Shown here in pieces: positions 55,412 through 64,000 of a stretch of 64,000 nucleotides of DNA (position 1 is the stretch's first letter; each line of letters opens with the position of its first letter). The notes under the pieces were generated by a model, which searched no databases, was not told where the DNA came from, and saw nothing but the letters and a program-made list of their open reading frames with translations. Source of the stretch: a virus. The translations under genes were made by a program, and so were the position numbers. The DNA lies in the IMG/VR virus record IMGVR_UViG_3300025151_000016; one strand, written 5' to 3'.

Positions 55412-55559
55412 GTCTCCTCATAATTTTCATTCGTTCGTTGTAATGCATTCTCGGCCACTTACTTATTTCTTCTTGAGTTCTACCACAACCAACACATTCT
55501 TTTGTTTTTCTATCAATTCGACATATCTGTACGCATGGTGTTACGTACATCAATCCCAC
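55371..55559 (-). CDS. DUF1289 Cys-rich protein
   Basis: TPC..IC.......C.GC.RT..EI..W. Confidence 0.8.
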   Translation of the reverse strand: MGLMYVTPCVQICRIDRKTKECVGCGRTQEEISKWPRMHYNERMKIMRRLGYGKRRQRSRIR

Positions 55560-56035
55560 CTACCAGTCCAGACATAAAAGACATGTAGTCCAATAATCTT
55601 ACTTACGCTCAAAGATTTTTCTTTATTCCAAAACGGATCTACATAATTAGCGTGATAGAATGTAGCTCCATGTGATGGATCTACAGTGTTACCAATTATA
55701 ACGTCACGTGCTATAACCATAGCTCTATCCCAAGCACGTTTTTCTCGAGGCGTATGGTCCTTTACAAGGAACGTCCAACTGAATTGTTTGTACTGATAAA
55801 CAACATCACATATATTATCAGGAAAATGCGCGTGATTAACACGATTCATAGTTACGTGTGCCACAGCAATTTGTCCTTCTATCCTTTCGCTTCTTGCTTC
55901 ATGATAGACGTTCATTGCCAGACAGTTTTGCTGTTTTGGATCTACTTCAGGTAGACCAAGCATAGCGATGCTAAATAAGCCTGCTGTTATACTCATAGTG
56001 ATTAACCCACTTGTTATAGAAATAAATCTGTTCAT
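55550..56035 (-). CDS. SleB-like cell wall hydrolase (Hydrolase_2)
   Basis: CLA.NVYHEAR.E; AVA.V..NRV; QFSW; GATFYHA.YV.P.W; IG.H.FY. Confidence 0.92.
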   Translation of the reverse strand: MNRFISITSGLITMSITAGLFSIAMLGLPEVDPKQQNCLAMNVYHEARSERIEGQIAVAHVTMNRVNHAHFPDNICDVVYQYKQFSWTFLVKDHTPREKRAWDRAMVIARDVIIGNTVDPSHGATFYHANYVDPFWNKEKSLSVSKIIGLHVFYVWTGRWD

Positions 56036-56075
56036 TAGTATTTATTATAGCTCGTATTCCTCTTTTTCATGTACC

Positions 56076-56135
56076 ATTCTATACTATTCTTTCGCAAATG
56101 TAAAGGAAAAAGTTTTGTTTGTTTTCAATAAGATA
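56076..56135 (-). promoter_or_regulatory. early promoter (TTTACA-17-TAGAAT) with degenerate IHF-like site
   Basis: Sequence motif. Confidence 0.65.
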
Positions 56136-56143
56136 CGTTTTTT

Positions 56144-56151
56144 TATAAATA
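56144..56151 (+). promoter_or_regulatory. late promoter TATAAATA
   Basis: Exact consensus upstream of the 56171 gene. Confidence 0.75.
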
Positions 56152-56170
56152 GTTACGAAGGGAAACTGCT

Positions 56171-56653
56171 ATGATAGATCCAATAAGCGCGATCGGAATG
56201 GCGACAGCCGCGTATAATGGCATTAAAAAAGCTGTTAGTACGGGTAAAGAGTTGCATGATATGGCGGGTACGCTGCAGAAATGGGCTACATCTATGTCTG
56301 ACTTAGATTTTGCTCATAAGCAGGCTCAGAATCCTCCAATGTTTAAAAAAATGTTTGGCGCAAGTCAAATAGAACAAAACGCATTAGAAGTATGGGGCCA
56401 TAAGCAAAAGGCTAAAGAAATGCGTGAGGAAATGAAAACACATATTAGTTTTTATTATGGACCATCTGCTTGGGATGAGATTGTTCGTATAGAAGGTGAT
56501 ATGAGAAAGAAACGTAAAGAAGCTGTGTATGCAGCCGAAGAGCGTAAACAGTTAATATTAGAATGGTTAGTAGGAATCATTGTAGGTGCGGCTGTTCTTG
56601 GCATCATGATTTTAATAATCTGGATTATAGGTTCAACACAAGGGAAATGGTAA
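56171..56653 (+). CDS. conserved phage membrane protein
   Basis: MIDP.SA...AT.AY...K; C-terminal TM helix. Confidence 0.7.
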   Translation: MIDPISAIGMATAAYNGIKKAVSTGKELHDMAGTLQKWATSMSDLDFAHKQAQNPPMFKKMFGASQIEQNALEVWGHKQKAKEMREEMKTHISFYYGPSAWDEIVRIEGDMRKKRKEAVYAAEERKQLILEWLVGIIVGAAVLGIMILIIWIIGSTQGKW

Positions 56654-56833
56654 ATGTGGGTATTGCTATGGGTACAGTTAATGGCAACACAAAATGTAAA
56701 TCACTTTCATATTGGTAATTATTCAAAAGAAGTAGACTGCCAGTCGGCTATGAGTGCCGCTGCTGTTTTAGTTACTAGTAAAAATGAAAGCGTTGCTTGC
56801 TTGTACGTAGATATTAATGACATTAGAAATTAG
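56654..56833 (+). CDS. small secreted 2-Cys protein (59 aa)
   Basis: Not in ORF track; MWVLLW...; abuts the upstream stop codon. Confidence 0.55.
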   Translation: MWVLLWVQLMATQNVNHFHIGNYSKEVDCQSAMSAAAVLVTSKNESVACLYVDINDIRN

Positions 56834-58017
56834 ATAAAAGCTTCCAAAGTATTAGGAGCCTTTTCAATATTGTATGATCGAGTCTTGTTATCTTGCAAGA
56901 CATACTCTGCTTCGATCATTTGCAAGTCACCACCTAAAAATCTTTTTACATTTTCTGCCATGTCCATTGCTGTCGTAACAGGCACGTTCTGACATATCAT
57001 ATTTAAGTTCTTTAGTCCTCCTTGTAATATAAAGTCTTTTGGCATCTTCATTATATCCAATGCTTCGCGAGTATTGATATAACGATCTTCATCGGGGTGG
57101 CATAAGGTATGAGGGAAGTGACCAACGAAAGCACCAATACGATCTTTTCCTATCTCAGTCATCTTTCTCATTATATTTCCACCAGCCGATAACTTATCAA
57201 ACATATAGTTACACTTCTCAGAAAGCTTCTGGTGACCCCTTTCTGCCATCCAAACGCCCACATCCTTATAAGATACACCTTTATCTTCAATATAGTGTAA
57301 AGGATTAGTTGTCTTTTCAATTAGTTGAAAGAACTCAGGATGAGTAATTCCACCATGCATTTCTTCTAGTACGTATTGATAGTAAGGATTGTCCGAAGGT
57401 TTCTGTTTGCTATTCACCTGTTCAAACATTGGATCTGGTTCGTTTGTAGCAGATGAACGAATCTGATCTTCGATCTTAGTGTATGGTCGATTGTAATACG
57501 ATAAGATTGGTACAGAGTTTCCTTTCCAAAAGAAATAGAATGATCTATCTCTAACCTGGCTTAATCCGTGGAGGATTGATTTGGTTTTGTAGATGGAGAA
57601 GACGTAACCGTTTCTTCTTCCGATTTCTCTAAGTTTTGCCACAACTGGTTCTCCCATTCGACTAGCGAGCCGTGGAGCATTTTCACCCCAGAACACAGTT
57701 GGTTGGATGGATTCGAGCACATACTCGGCAGACTTGACCATCCAATCATTAGTATTACTATCACCGCTGCTAGTAGGACTAAGTGAAGAAAGCCCCGCAC
57801 AAGGGCAGACAGTATTGACCACATCCACTCTGCTAGGAGCAGTGTCCCCTTTATCAAGCAGTAGATAAGGAATATTATTATTATAATAGTTAAGAAGTTG
57901 GCTATCATTTGCTGTAAAATCCGTGTAAGAGAGGATGTATTCGGGTCGTTTCCCGAATACGTTTTCCATTGCTATTGTTTCACCTCCTATGAGAGGAACA
58001 ATACTTGCATAATTCAT
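56830..58017 (-). CDS. C5-cytosine DNA methyltransferase-like protein (divergent)
   Basis: PC (VCPCAGLS), EN (GENA), Q.R.R; motif I degenerate (PLIGG). Confidence 0.65.
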   Translation of the reverse strand: MNYASIVPLIGGETIAMENVFGKRPEYILSYTDFTANDSQLLNYYNNNIPYLLLDKGDTAPSRVDVVNTVCPCAGLSSLSPTSSGDSNTNDWMVKSAEYVLESIQPTVFWGENAPRLASRMGEPVVAKLREIGRRNGYVFSIYKTKSILHGLSQVRDRSFYFFWKGNSVPILSYYNRPYTKIEDQIRSSATNEPDPMFEQVNSKQKPSDNPYYQYVLEEMHGGITHPEFFQLIEKTTNPLHYIEDKGVSYKDVGVWMAERGHQKLSEKCNYMFDKLSAGGNIMRKMTEIGKDRIGAFVGHFPHTLCHPDEDRYINTREALDIMKMPKDFILQGGLKNLNMICQNVPVTTAMDMAENVKRFLGGDLQMIEAEYVLQDNKTRSYNIEKAPNTLEAFI

Positions 58018-58970
58018 TAATTCACCTTGTAATAATCTTTGTACCAAGTGACAAATTTTTCCACGCCATCAGCAATAGGTGTTGTTGGATTATAACCTAA
58101 TTTCTGGAGTTTAGTCGTATCTGACCATGTGGCTGGAGTATCTGCCGGATGTGCTTCACAAGGATTACGTATTGCTGTGCGACCAAGGTTCTTTTCAATA
58201 TGATCTACAAAATCAAGTAACTCTACTTGTTGTCCATATCCGATATTATATATCTCATGATAACTATCACTATCTGTGACAACTTTATCTATCACTAGGC
58301 TTATGCCATGAACAATATCTTCAACGTAAGTAAAGTCACGTTTCATATCACCAAAGTTATATAAGTCAATTGGTTTACCTTTTATAATATTATCAGTAAA
58401 CTTAAACAGCGCCATGTCAGGTCTTCCATAAGGACCATACACAGTAAAGAATCGTAAGCCAGCGGTACGTTTAATTTTTGAATGACCAAACTGACATTCG
58501 TTTACTTTTTTAGACCAGCCATAAGGGTTGTTTTGATTTTCAGGTTTATCAACTTCATTCCAAGGTAACGGCTGTCCATGCATTACACATGATGATGAAG
58601 CATATACTACAGGAATATTGAGTCCTTCGACTTCCAATGCTTCGACGATACGCTGTGTACCAGTAATGTTTGTGTCAATATAGTGCTGTGGTTCGTCCAT
58701 AGCGTGACGTGGATTTGCATATGCTGCAAGGTGTAAGACTACGTCCACGTCATCAAATAATTTCTTATCAGGATGAATGTCTTGAATATCGAGTTGTAAC
58801 GTATCAACTCCATAGTCTTCTCTTAATATTCTTGCTCTTTCTCTTTTTAGTTCTACATCGTAGTAGTCATTAAAATTATCTACTCCTACTACTTGGTGTC
58901 CTCTTGCTGCATAGTATATTGCAGAGTGGAAGCCTATCATGCCGGCTTGGCCTGTGATAAATATTTTCAT
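58017..58970 (-). CDS. NAD-dependent UDP-glucuronate 4-epimerase-like SDR
   Basis: GQAGMIG; DNFNDYYD..LK..R; HLAA; ASSS; Y...K; LRFFTVYGPYGRPDMA. Confidence 0.88.
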   Translation of the reverse strand: MKIFITGQAGMIGFHSAIYYAARGHQVVGVDNFNDYYDVELKRERARILREDYGVDTLQLDIQDIHPDKKLFDDVDVVLHLAAYANPRHAMDEPQHYIDTNITGTQRIVEALEVEGLNIPVVYASSSCVMHGQPLPWNEVDKPENQNNPYGWSKKVNECQFGHSKIKRTAGLRFFTVYGPYGRPDMALFKFTDNIIKGKPIDLYNFGDMKRDFTYVEDIVHGISLVIDKVVTDSDSYHEIYNIGYGQQVELLDFVDHIEKNLGRTAIRNPCEAHPADTPATWSDTTKLQKLGYNPTTPIADGVEKFVTWYKDYYKVN

Positions 58971-60214
58971 ACGAAAAATTCCTCGAGTCCTTGTGGTTGG
59001 TTGCTAGTAGTGTTCAAAGCGAGATCGATAATTTCTTTCACAACCATTTCTCCATCGGAGTGTTGCTTCCAAAATTCAAACGCCATCTCTCTCCAATCAT
59101 CTCTCATCGCAGGATCATTTTTAAGTTTGACCATTTGGTCGCGGCACTCATTAAAGTTAGTATAGTCAACGCCTAGAGTGCCAGAGTTTTGACATTGACT
59201 AATTGGTTTACCTTGTACAGGATGAATTACATTATCACAAAAGTGTTTGTGAAATAACGGTACTGTACCTGAAGCTATACATTCGGCGTGGCAATTTTCT
59301 ATATTGTTACCATAGTGTTCTGCTTTTAAAAAGTATAAGTCAGAACCAAATGCTGACCGTGACATACGATCCATAGCTTCTGAGTTTATATATTGTGGAT
59401 AAAGGTATGCACCTTTGCCTTCAACTTCTTTGCCATACAAATCAGGTGTAAACTTAACTTCATTAAATTGTTTCTCAGGTCTGAAATGATTTTCTACAAT
59501 TCTACGATCTGTAGGATTGTCTGATTTATTATCACGATATAAGACTAAAGGATATTGTATAGAAGCTTCTAGTCCTTCCAACACAGTGATAAATCCTTGT
59601 TCCATCAAAGCATCTTGATGGAAGTCAATCATAACACTTGGTCCTTTCCACATAGCAGTACGGCCAATCCATCTTACCATGTTGTGTTGTTGTTCTTCAA
59701 TAGGACGCCAGTACTTTGCACGGTGTCCATCATAATCAAAGCCAAGTCCCATCTTTGTAAGTGGAGTTTCAATCTTGTTTTTTCTCATAAACTTACAGAA
59801 ATCATTTTCCATACTATGAGTCATAATAACATCTACATTTTCGCATACTTCTTTTAAGTTAGCATTACGTGCAATGGATGCTGCTTTATGATCTACGTTA
59901 ATAAACGCTTTACGAATATTAATATGTTTAAGAAACGGAATAAAATTATCCTGGCATTCTTGAGGATGACTCTTTGAAGGTACTGAATATATGATACACA
60001 AATCAAAATATTCATTAATCCAATTGGCATTTATCTCCCATTCATTTGCCATTGAGAATTCTTTTTGCTTTATATCTAATCCTTTGGCTCTACCCCATTT
60101 TTTATCAGTAGCAGATAAGATATGAGCACCCGTTACTTTTTGCATTTGTATTGCACACTGTGTAACACCGCAACCTTCAGTGCCGCGACCAAGGACAATT
60201 GCAATTCTAGTCAT
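58967..60214 (-). CDS. a-gt: DNA alpha-glycosyltransferase (T4 a-gt homolog)
   Basis: RGTEGCGVT (T4 RGLEGCGVT); SVP; RWIGRT..WKG; E..H.E....GT.P.F. Confidence 0.85.
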   Translation of the reverse strand: MTRIAIVLGRGTEGCGVTQCAIQMQKVTGAHILSATDKKWGRAKGLDIKQKEFSMANEWEINANWINEYFDLCIIYSVPSKSHPQECQDNFIPFLKHINIRKAFINVDHKAASIARNANLKEVCENVDVIMTHSMENDFCKFMRKNKIETPLTKMGLGFDYDGHRAKYWRPIEEQQHNMVRWIGRTAMWKGPSVMIDFHQDALMEQGFITVLEGLEASIQYPLVLYRDNKSDNPTDRRIVENHFRPEKQFNEVKFTPDLYGKEVEGKGAYLYPQYINSEAMDRMSRSAFGSDLYFLKAEHYGNNIENCHAECIASGTVPLFHKHFCDNVIHPVQGKPISQCQNSGTLGVDYTNFNECRDQMVKLKNDPAMRDDWREMAFEFWKQHSDGEMVVKEIIDLALNTTSNQPQGLEEFFV

Positions 60215-60611
60215 TAATAAATTCCTTACATTCAATTAAAACATTATGTACGTATTTATGATCGTTTAACTTACGATTTCTAGGGGAAGGATGTGGTAAG
60301 ACAAAGTGATCTTCGAAACCAAGACGTTTCAAATAGCTCGATACCATTGAACCCCATACAACTATCTTATCATAGTTTTTAAGACTTGTACATAATAAAG
60401 TGTGATCAAAAGTCTTAAATTTAAAATCCCATTCAGGATCAAATGATAAGTTAGTGAAGGAGACATGTGTGAGGTCCAGTTGATCTAACCAGCTATGAAA
60501 TCTTTTGTACGCAGATCCCTTTGCCTTACTCACTGCTACCTTTGAAGGATTCATTCCAACAAAGATAATTCTAGACCGAAACGAATTCATATTCAATTCC
60601 AGCTTCTTCAA
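60207..60611 (-). CDS. uracil-DNA glycosylase superfamily protein
   Basis: FVGMNPS; TNL; LPHPSPRNR. Confidence 0.7.
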   Translation of the reverse strand: MKKLELNMNSFRSRIIFVGMNPSKVAVSKAKGSAYKRFHSWLDQLDLTHVSFTNLSFDPEWDFKFKTFDHTLLCTSLKNYDKIVVWGSMVSSYLKRLGFEDHFVLPHPSPRNRKLNDHKYVHNVLIECKEFIND

Positions 60612-61014
60612 ACATAGCTGAAGTTAAAGCAAATGATTCAACCCAATGCTCAGGTATTTCCTGATTAGGCATAACCACACGTTTAACACCAACTTGAATT
60701 ACGCCTTTAGCGCAATCAGAACAAACAGGTAAACCCCACACGTATAATGTAGATCCATCAAGTGATACACCATTATATGTAGCGTTGTATATTACATTCT
60801 GTTCTGCATGAACAACATACCTGTACTTAATTTTCTTGACAGCGTATCTATTCAAATCATCTTTTATACCACGAGGAAAGCCATTGTATCCTTGAGCAAG
60901 TACCTGCCCTTTCTTTCCTATAGCAACAGCACCAATCTTAGATGACGGGTCCTTTGACCAAGTGCTTACTTCCTTTGCTAATCCTAGGTATCTTATATCC
61001 CATTTATTTGACAA
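60571..61014 (-). CDS. cd: dCMP deaminase
   Basis: SKDPS.K.GA; GYNG; HAE.N; P.C..CAK. Confidence 0.92.
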   Translation of the reverse strand: MSNKWDIRYLGLAKEVSTWSKDPSSKIGAVAIGKKGQVLAQGYNGFPRGIKDDLNRYAVKKIKYRYVVHAEQNVIYNATYNGVSLDGSTLYVWGLPVCSDCAKGVIQVGVKRVVMPNQEIPEHWVESFALTSAMFEEAGIEYEFVSV

Positions 61015-61690
61015 GGTGAAAGTGCCTTTCATATACATGCAAGTTTTGTACTTGCCACATAATCATACCGGGTTGAAGTCCTTCATAGCTGTGGGCATGT
61101 CGATCAATTCTGTTTATGTTATCACATAGCAATGAGAGTACATGCATTTGCCAGGCATAATCATTCTTATAACCAAACACTACATCATTCGAACGCATTT
61201 GAACTACAGCGTTAAGTACATCATCACGAATGTAATAGCTCACAGCGTTTGTACATATGAAATCATTCTTTTCGTTTTCATTGTATTCTAGCCAGACAGA
61301 AGGACGATTGTATACCATTGTAGCTCTACGTCCATCAGGATTTTCAATTAACTCATCAAGGACATGACCATACTGTTGGTGGTACTTATCAGACCAGATA
61401 AGATGACCATAGTTTGAATTAATTTCACCGTGTTTATTTGCTGCGTATTGCCAAGCTTGTGGAACACTTTCACCAATATCATTTACGTTTGTGGATTGAC
61501 TTTCATACCAATCTAATTCTTCTTGAATATAATCATAGTTTGGCGAACCAAAGATAGCAGGCTCATCAGCAACAAACGATGCACCAATCAGTTCAATAGT
61601 TTTTTGACCGGTTCTATCGATTGTAAATGCTTCATCATTGAGTTCACCAATAAAGAACTGGCGAATATCATGTACACTATGTAGTTTCAT
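61004..61690 (-). CDS. 42: dCMP hydroxymethylase gp42
   Basis: TIEL.GASF; E..WY; NSNYG; DFICT; MRSNDVVFGYKNDYAWQ; LHVYERHF. Confidence 0.9.
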   Translation of the reverse strand: MKLHSVHDIRQFFIGELNDEAFTIDRTGQKTIELIGASFVADEPAIFGSPNYDYIQEELDWYESQSTNVNDIGESVPQAWQYAANKHGEINSNYGHLIWSDKYHQQYGHVLDELIENPDGRRATMVYNRPSVWLEYNENEKNDFICTNAVSYYIRDDVLNAVVQMRSNDVVFGYKNDYAWQMHVLSLLCDNINRIDRHAHSYEGLQPGMIMWQVQNLHVYERHFHLVK

Positions 61691-62030
61691 TTTTTACTCG
61701 CTTTGGACGATTTAGAAAGTCACGATCAGGATCTTGGCCATCAATACCATTATTCATATATGCAGCAAAGAATGAAGCATAGTTAATAATATCAATGCAT
61801 GAATCTTCGAGGCTTTCAAAGTTTGGTTCGTAATTTGGATCAGATTCCATTGCTTCGAGTACTGATTGCATGCGTAACACTTTTGCATACATTGTATCAA
61901 GAAGAGTTGAACAACCTCTAGGGTAATACATTGCTTGTTGTATTCTAGAGCTTGGGTTCTGGTAATCATTACCTTTTCTGTTTTGTACTTCTGCAGCTTT
62001 CTGCAAAACTTTAAGTGATTCTTTACTCAT
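61677..62030 (-). CDS. nucleotide-modification-associated helical protein
   Basis: K..DY; K..R; FES.EDS..D..NYA; adjacent to gp42. Confidence 0.65.
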   Translation of the reverse strand: MSKESLKVLQKAAEVQNRKGNDYQNPSSRIQQAMYYPRGCSTLLDTMYAKVLRMQSVLEAMESDPNYEPNFESLEDSCIDIINYASFFAAYMNNGIDGQDPDRDFLNRPKRVKNETT

Positions 62031-62600
62031 TTATCTTGTACCTCTACCACGTATTTCACGGTTAACCTTAGGGCGAAAATGCTTGATGGAAGCACCTTCA
62101 ATATACTCAGCCATGCCATCAATATTGAATTGACTAGTATTAATATATTTTATAACAATTTCTAAAGATTGTAAACCATTTTCTGTGAGAAACTCTCTAA
62201 ATTTTCTACCAGATGATTCACTAATTACACTATCATCTAGAAAACTTCTTAGATGATTACCTTGGCGGCTATTGATGCTTGCAGATGGAGCGTCTGTTTT
62301 ACCAATATAAAGTGTATAAGGTCCTAATGTAACAAACCAACCGTATACACCTTTTGCTTTGCTTGCTGCAAAAGGAGCCGGTCCTCTTTGACCAGGAATT
62401 CTTTCAAGCTTCTTAGGAACTTCTAAAAATTCATAATCAAAATCTACATATGGAAGAGATTTGCCGGCAAAATCTGGTAGATCTCTTGGAGGCATATTCT
62501 TTTTATGTAAACGTATTTTTCCATAAACTTCAGCCTCATCCCATAATTTTTTAATATCAATCGAACTAAGCATTGATGCTAAATTATTTAATATAGACAT
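62031..62600 (-). CDS. GIY-YIG endonuclease (DenA-like candidate)
   Basis: GVYGWF......LYIGKT; R...H; E...I....P..N; start trimmed to MSIL. Confidence 0.6.
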   Translation of the reverse strand: MSILNNLASMLSSIDIKKLWDEAEVYGKIRLHKKNMPPRDLPDFAGKSLPYVDFDYEFLEVPKKLERIPGQRGPAPFAASKAKGVYGWFVTLGPYTLYIGKTDAPSASINSRQGNHLRSFLDDSVISESSGRKFREFLTENGLQSLEIVIKYINTSQFNIDGMAEYIEGASIKHFRPKVNREIRGRGTR

Positions 62601-62878
62601 TATCTGTAATCCCGAATGTATACGTCCCAATGCGTTGCATTTTCTTTTGGCGTATCTTTTGCCCAACGATGTAAACGTGGACCACGTGGTCTGCACCATA
62701 CACCTTGTGTAGGACGATCACGATTAATATCAAAGTATGGGGATTTGCGATAGTTCTTGATGAAGCTGTTGCGATAAGCAAGTAGTTCTTTAAGTCCAGC
62801 AATAGCAGGATCATCAAGAGTTTTAACCGTAAAACGATAATTTTCGGATGTACGATTTTTATAAGTTACATAAGCCAT
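62600..62878 (-). CDS. hypothetical early protein
   Basis: R.RGPR...DT....A...DVY. Confidence 0.65.
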   Translation of the reverse strand: MAYVTYKNRTSENYRFTVKTLDDPAIAGLKELLAYRNSFIKNYRKSPYFDINRDRPTQGVWCRPRGPRLHRWAKDTPKENATHWDVYIRDYR

Positions 62879-63081
62879 TATGATGCCTCCAGTAACTTTT
62901 CAAATTCTATTTCATTTGCTTTTTCTTCACGCTCAACATTCTTTTCAAGATCTTCACAAATATCGAGCAACTCAATAATTATTTGAGTACGGGCCATTTG
63001 TTGGTTGAATGCTCTACGAGCGAGACTAGACAATTTCTTTTTCATTGTCATTGCGTCTTGTATATCACGAACTATAATCAT
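62878..63081 (-). CDS. hypothetical early protein
   Basis: AAGGAG SD behind early promoter. Confidence 0.6.
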   Translation of the reverse strand: MIIVRDIQDAMTMKKKLSSLARRAFNQQMARTQIIIELLDICEDLEKNVEREEKANEIEFEKLLEAS

Positions 63082-63106
63082 AGTATCTCCTTCATTTATA
63101 GATACT

Positions 63107-63166
63107 ATTCTACCACAGTTAAAACCAAATGTAAACCTTTTTGTTTCGTTTTAAAACAATAACTTA
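63107..63166 (-). promoter_or_regulatory. early promoter (TTTACA-17-TAGAAT) with IHF-like site
   Basis: Sequence motif. Confidence 0.8.
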
Positions 63167-63637
63167 GAATTTTGTTAAGAATTGTGCTATTCTTCCTACA
63201 AATGGTAACAGCATAAGTGCCATCATAAGATTCATACCAGTATGTGCCATAGCTATTCGTAAGGTATCACCTTTTGGCCAGCCATCAGATACAAAGATAC
63301 CGGCTAACCATATGGTTCCAGTAGTTCCAATGTTAGCTCCTAACACAGCAGCAACTGCGGCTGGTAGCGGTAAGGCGCCTGAAGCAACTAACGCAATGAT
63401 TGCAGTAGTTGATAATGAAGACGATTGCCACAAGAGTGTCATTACTATTCCACCAATAAACATGTATATCGGATTACCTAAAAAGAATTGTAAGTGGTCC
63501 ATGTTACCCATTGACTTCATACCACCTGAGAATGTTTTAAGTCCAATGTAAAATATTACTAAGCCAACTAAAGCAGTTATTACGGGATTTCCTAGATCCA
63601 TTTTCTTTACCTTCTTCCAAAGTTTTTTATTCGACAT
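63164..63637 (-). CDS. half-size Na+/phosphate cotransporter (single repeat)
   Basis: T.LWQSSS.ST; LGANIGTT.T; R.A.AH...N. Confidence 0.85.
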   Translation of the reverse strand: MSNKKLWKKVKKMDLGNPVITALVGLVIFYIGLKTFSGGMKSMGNMDHLQFFLGNPIYMFIGGIVMTLLWQSSSLSTTAIIALVASGALPLPAAVAAVLGANIGTTGTIWLAGIFVSDGWPKGDTLRIAMAHTGMNLMMALMLLPFVGRIAQFLTKF

Positions 63638-63638
63638 A

Positions 63639-64000
63639 TTACAAACCTTTATCTAATTCCCCATGATTATCTTCATGGTTCGGTCCTACCCATCCATCAG
63701 GCTTCAATAGATCTGGTAGACCAAATGGATTAGGACGTCCTGGTTTTACGCCAACCTGTTTATTCATATTGGCTTTATATATCTCGTCCCAAGCTTTACT
63801 TGCATCAACATTGAATACATCAAGTGTACCGATAGCAAAAACACATAGATCAATCAAGCCATCTACAATTTCTTCTGAATTACCAGAGTTGGCAGCTTGC
63901 ATAGTTTCATGTAATTCTTCTTGACACATAAGCAAACGGAACATAAGGTACTTGTTCATAAGTACTTTATCATCTTTATTCTTTTCAAACCATTCATTGA
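63639..64000 (-). CDS. partial MazG/PRA-PH-like NTP pyrophosphohydrolase (candidate dCTPase)
   Basis: EE..E; E.VD.LID; ANM.K; KP.GW..P; start lies beyond the window. Confidence 0.75.
   Translation of the reverse strand, partial: NEWFEKNKDDKVLMNKYLMFRLLMCQEELHETMQAANSGNSEEIVDGLIDLCVFAIGTLDVFNVDASKAWDEIYKANMNKQVGVKPGRPNPFGLPDLLKPDGWVGPNHEDNHGELDKGL

Noticed and set aside
61004-61690. Thymidylate synthase
   Set aside because: RSND...G..ND has the Asp typical of dCMP-specific gp42, and a-gt is adjacent.
1-64000. Alternative genetic code or stop-codon reassignment
   Set aside because: Core genes are full length in code 11 and use all three stop codons.

Overview
64 kb of a T4-like (Tevenvirinae-like, marine-type) myophage genome, mostly encoded on the minus strand. 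The host is probably an alphaproteobacterium, judging by the permuted two-piece tmRNA with an ANDNFA...ALAA tag and the CtaH-like and zf-CHCC genes. In window order: baseplate/tail module (gp5, gp27-like, gp53, gp48, gp4, gp2, gp54-like, gp26/gp51, tape-measure-like); gp32/gp33; many small early genes behind repeated sigma70-type promoters; tRNA-Pro; a ~8 kb glycan-biosynthesis cluster (glycosyltransferases, glf, class I aldolase); PhoH, RNase H, class II RNR; spanins; a run of genes with T4 capsid-targeting N-termini (including a HIGH nucleotidyltransferase and a ligase-like protein); a porin-like gene; the tmRNA; and a hydroxymethylcytosine hypermodification cluster. Best leads: (1) the permuted tmRNA carries a complete protein-coding gene in its ~223-nt intervening segment, closed by an extended stem; (2) a lambda G/GT-style -1 frameshift joining gp26 and gp51 just before the tape measure; (3) a putative virion-packaged ligase plus nucleotidyltransferase set; (4) hmC glycosylation coupled to a UDP-uronate epimerase; (5) an unassigned pseudoknotted ncRNA; (6) IHF-like sites at a fixed offset upstream of six early promoters. 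All family calls are from motif recognition by eye; no searches were run.
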